Shown piece after piece: positions 25,015 to 27,155 of a stretch of 27,155 nt of DNA. Position 1 is the first letter of the stretch. Each line of letters starts with the position of its first letter. The position numbers were made by a program, and so were the translations under genes. Under the pieces are notes generated by a model, which saw nothing but the letters and a program-made list of their open reading frames with translations, was not told the origin of the DNA and made no database searches. This DNA comes from a virus (lineage: Duplodnaviria > Caudoviricetes). The stretch covers positions 1 to 27,155 of the IMG/VR virus record IMGVR_UViG_3300017647_000014. One strand, given 5' to 3'.

Positions 25015-25478
25015 CGCCGACGATCAAGGTTAAGGGTATCAAGAAGGTGAGTCTTGACCTGCGCCATCTCGGCGAGCGGGTGCAGGAGAACGCGCGCAAG
25101 CAGATGCACCGCTCCGCCGAGCGCATCGTGAAGGAAGCCAAGATCAACGTGCCTGAAGACTGGGGCGCGCTGAAGGAGGCGATCCATATCGAGAAGTCCT
25201 ACGGCACCCGCAATCGTCTTCAGATCGACATCGTGGTCGGCGGCGATCAGCTCTACGAGTCCCGGCACGGATGGGTCGATGTCCAGCAATATGCCTGGAT
25301 CATCCATGAGCACTACGAGCAATACGAGCCGGGCAAGAGGACCAAGAAAAAGATGGCGGAATACCCCGGCCGCGTGGGCTCCAAGTTCCTGACGCGTGCA
25401 GCCGAGGACGAAAACAAGAAGCTGGCCAACAAGATGGTCGGCGTCATCAATGAAGTCGTGAAAGAGGTTATGGAATGA
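25011..25478 (+). CDS. HK97 gp10-like neck / tail-completion protein
   Basis: AKINVPEDWGALKEAI, YAWIIHE, KFLTRA; start ATG 25011. Confidence 0.75.
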   Translation: MTPTIKVKGIKKVSLDLRHLGERVQENARKQMHRSAERIVKEAKINVPEDWGALKEAIHIEKSYGTRNRLQIDIVVGGDQLYESRHGWVDVQQYAWIIHEHYEQYEPGKRTKKKMAEYPGRVGSKFLTRAAEDENKKLANKMVGVINEVVKEVME

Positions 25479-25882
25479 TCTTCGACATTCTGGAGCACAA
25501 GCTTGAGCAATCGGGCCTGTTCAAGCCGGGCATCGACCTCTTCCGCAATCAGTTTCCGGCCGACGTCAAGCGGGGACTTCTGCTGCGTGGTCCCCTCACC
25601 GGCATTCCGATCAATCCGGATATGGAAGGCTTCTTCAAGGTCGATATTCAGCTCATCCTGCGTCACTCGAAGGCGAGCGAAGGCATGGAGCTTGCGAACG
25701 AGGTTTCGCGTGCGCTGATCACCGAGCGCGAGACGCGCTATGATCTGCCGGTGGGCTCTGGCCTTCTGAAGCTGTTCTATCCGAAGACCAGGCCGATCCA
25801 GTTCCCGCGCCTTGAAGGCAACGGCCTCGAGTTCTCCCAGGATTATTTCGCGGCCTGGTCGGAGCGTCCGAGCTGGCGTTAG
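25475..25882 (+). CDS. Putative tail terminator
   Basis: 135 aa between the gp10-like gene and the tail tube gene. Confidence 0.6.
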   Translation: MIFDILEHKLEQSGLFKPGIDLFRNQFPADVKRGLLLRGPLTGIPINPDMEGFFKVDIQLILRHSKASEGMELANEVSRALITERETRYDLPVGSGLLKLFYPKTRPIQFPRLEGNGLEFSQDYFAAWSERPSWR

Positions 25883-26280
25883 TCGCCGTAGAACTCCTTG
25901 TGCATCTTCAGCGTGCGCTTGATGGTCTTTTCGAGATCGTCCAGCAGCTCTTCGGTCAGGTCCAGCGTGCGCTGGTGATTGTAGTCGTCGGGGCAGGTGT
26001 CGACCCTTCCGGCGCCCGCCTCTTCGGCCATTCGATCCATATCGCGGCCAACTTTGATGAAGTCGAGCGCCGGAAAATCCATCACTCGGCCGATAACGCG
26101 CGTCTTCAGGGCGATCGCGTCCTCAACTGAGTAGCCGCACGGTTTGGCATACACTCTCATGTCCCGGTATTGCCAGCTCAGCTGGTCCAGCACCAGGCGC
26201 ACGTCAAAGGTGTCGATGGGAACTGCCGGCGCCTGCTGTGCCGAGAAGGCTAGCATGGCGGCGATCAGGATACGCTTCAT
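25879..26280 (-). CDS. Exported protein (moron) with Sec signal peptide, 133 aa
   Basis: GGAG RBS; MKRILIAAMLAFSAQQAPA; two Cys; opposite orientation to the late operon. Confidence 0.75.
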   Translation of the reverse strand: MKRILIAAMLAFSAQQAPAVPIDTFDVRLVLDQLSWQYRDMRVYAKPCGYSVEDAIALKTRVIGRVMDFPALDFIKVGRDMDRMAEEAGAGRVDTCPDDYNHQRTLDLTEELLDDLEKTIKRTLKMHKEFYGD

Positions 26281-26345
26281 GCAATAGGTCTCCGTTTTTG
26301 TTCGTCCTCTATCGCTGTGTAGCAGGAGCGACAAGGGGCGCAGAC

Positions 26346-26411
26346 GTAAGTAATCCCTTATTTACTCTTGCCAGCTCCAGGGTGACTGCTGTATGGTAAG
26401 TAAGCACTTAC
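26346..26411 (+). promoter_or_regulatory. Tail-tube promoter flanked by two operators
   Basis: GTAAGTAATCCCTTAT (26346-26361); TTGCCA-N18-TATGGT; GTAAGTAAGCACTTAC (26396-26411). Confidence 0.8.
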
Positions 26412-26442
26412 ATCACCCTATGCCCATTCAGGAGACCTCGAA

Positions 26443-27155
26443 ATGGCATCGTCCGCAGATAATGTGAAGCTGGGTGTCTGTAACGTCCTTTTCGACGGAG
26501 TTGACCTTGGTTACACCAAAGGTGGCGTCGAGGTGGAAGTGCAGACGACCACGCACGAAGTGACCGTCGACCAGCACGGCACGACCCCGCTTTCCGAGCT
26601 CATCACCGGCCGCACTGTTACGGCCACCGTGCCGCTCGCTGAAACGACCCTGGAAAACCTCGTCGCCATCATGCCGGGCGCAACGCTCGTCAGCGATGGC
26701 AAGAAGGCAGCCGGTTCGGTCACTCTGAGCGCACTGCCGGAAGAGGGCGACTCCGTTGCGTTCGCTGACACCAAGTTTGAGTTCGTTGATATCGTCGTGA
26801 AGTCGACCGACGTCGAGATCGGCGCAACCGTCGACGAGACGGCTGCGAACCTTGCTGCACGCATCAACGCTTCGGTCGTTCCGTATGTCGCTACCGTGAA
26901 TGCCGGCGTCGTGACCATCACCGCCAAGGCAACCGGCGAGTATGCGAACACGACGATTACCCTCGACTTCGACACGCCGGCATCGGCCACCAAGACCGAC
27001 ATTGCTGGCGGCGTCGACGCAACCCATGCCCGTGTCGATGTCACGTCTGGCATCAACATCAACCTGCTGTCGGTTGCGAAGACCCTGGTCCTGCGTCCGC
27101 GCGGCACCAACGGCGAGGATGACTTCATCATCCACCGCGCAGCCTGCCCGGGTGC
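26443..27155 (+). CDS. Major tail (tube) protein, 3'-truncated by the window end (not in ORF track)
   Basis: AGGAG RBS; MASSADNVKLGVCNVLFDGVDLGYTKGGVEVEV..VPLAETTLENL; reading frame open to the end. Confidence 0.85.
   Translation, partial: MASSADNVKLGVCNVLFDGVDLGYTKGGVEVEVQTTTHEVTVDQHGTTPLSELITGRTVTATVPLAETTLENLVAIMPGATLVSDGKKAAGSVTLSALPEEGDSVAFADTKFEFVDIVVKSTDVEIGATVDETAANLAARINASVVPYVATVNAGVVTITAKATGEYANTTITLDFDTPASATKTDIAGGVDATHARVDVTSGININLLSVAKTLVLRPRGTNGEDDFIIHRAACPG

Larger units (their letters stand above)
1..27155. mobile_element. Segment of a temperate tailed phage / phage-plasmid (head, neck and tail-start module plus plasmid partition genes)
   Basis: terS-terL-portal-scaffold-MCP-neck-tail tube order plus a type Ib parA/parG cassette; no host housekeeping genes or integrase in the window. 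Confidence 0.9.

Noticed and set aside
5424-26317. 13-bp match tcctctatcgctg at 5424-5436 and 26305-26317
   Set aside because: Only two copies; could be a shared -10-like box or chance, so not supportable

Overview
A GC-rich, alphaproteobacterial-looking segment of a temperate tailed phage that also carries a type Ib ParA/ParG partition cassette, so it is most likely a phage-plasmid (inference). Its gene order resembles SSU5/pHCM2-like elements as I recall them; this is unverified. From left to right: a ~1.4 kb non-coding region (iteron-like repeats, candidate sRNA, AT-rich island); early-type gene cassettes; an anti-defence operon (Acb2/Tad1-like sponge, HslV-like peptidase); parA-parG; dNMP kinase; an intein-containing SF2 helicase; a ParB/ParB/ABC-ATPase/Tad2/GNAT block; then terS-terL-portal-scaffold-capsid-neck genes and the start of the major tail gene. 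The most striking signal is a 750-bp stretch (4634-5383) with no GG or CC dinucleotide. It encodes a Gly/Pro/Trp-free paralogue of the ordinary gene at 1468-2346. Possibly related signals are a CC-depleted neighbouring gene, intergenic GGG-run/G4 motifs and a putative packaging-linked DNA-modification locus. Two genome-wide cis codes are also visible: 14 copies of a GTAAGT-N4-ACTTAC operator and 7 phased 8-bp TAGCTA arrays. All family assignments are by-eye motif recognition; no searches were run.
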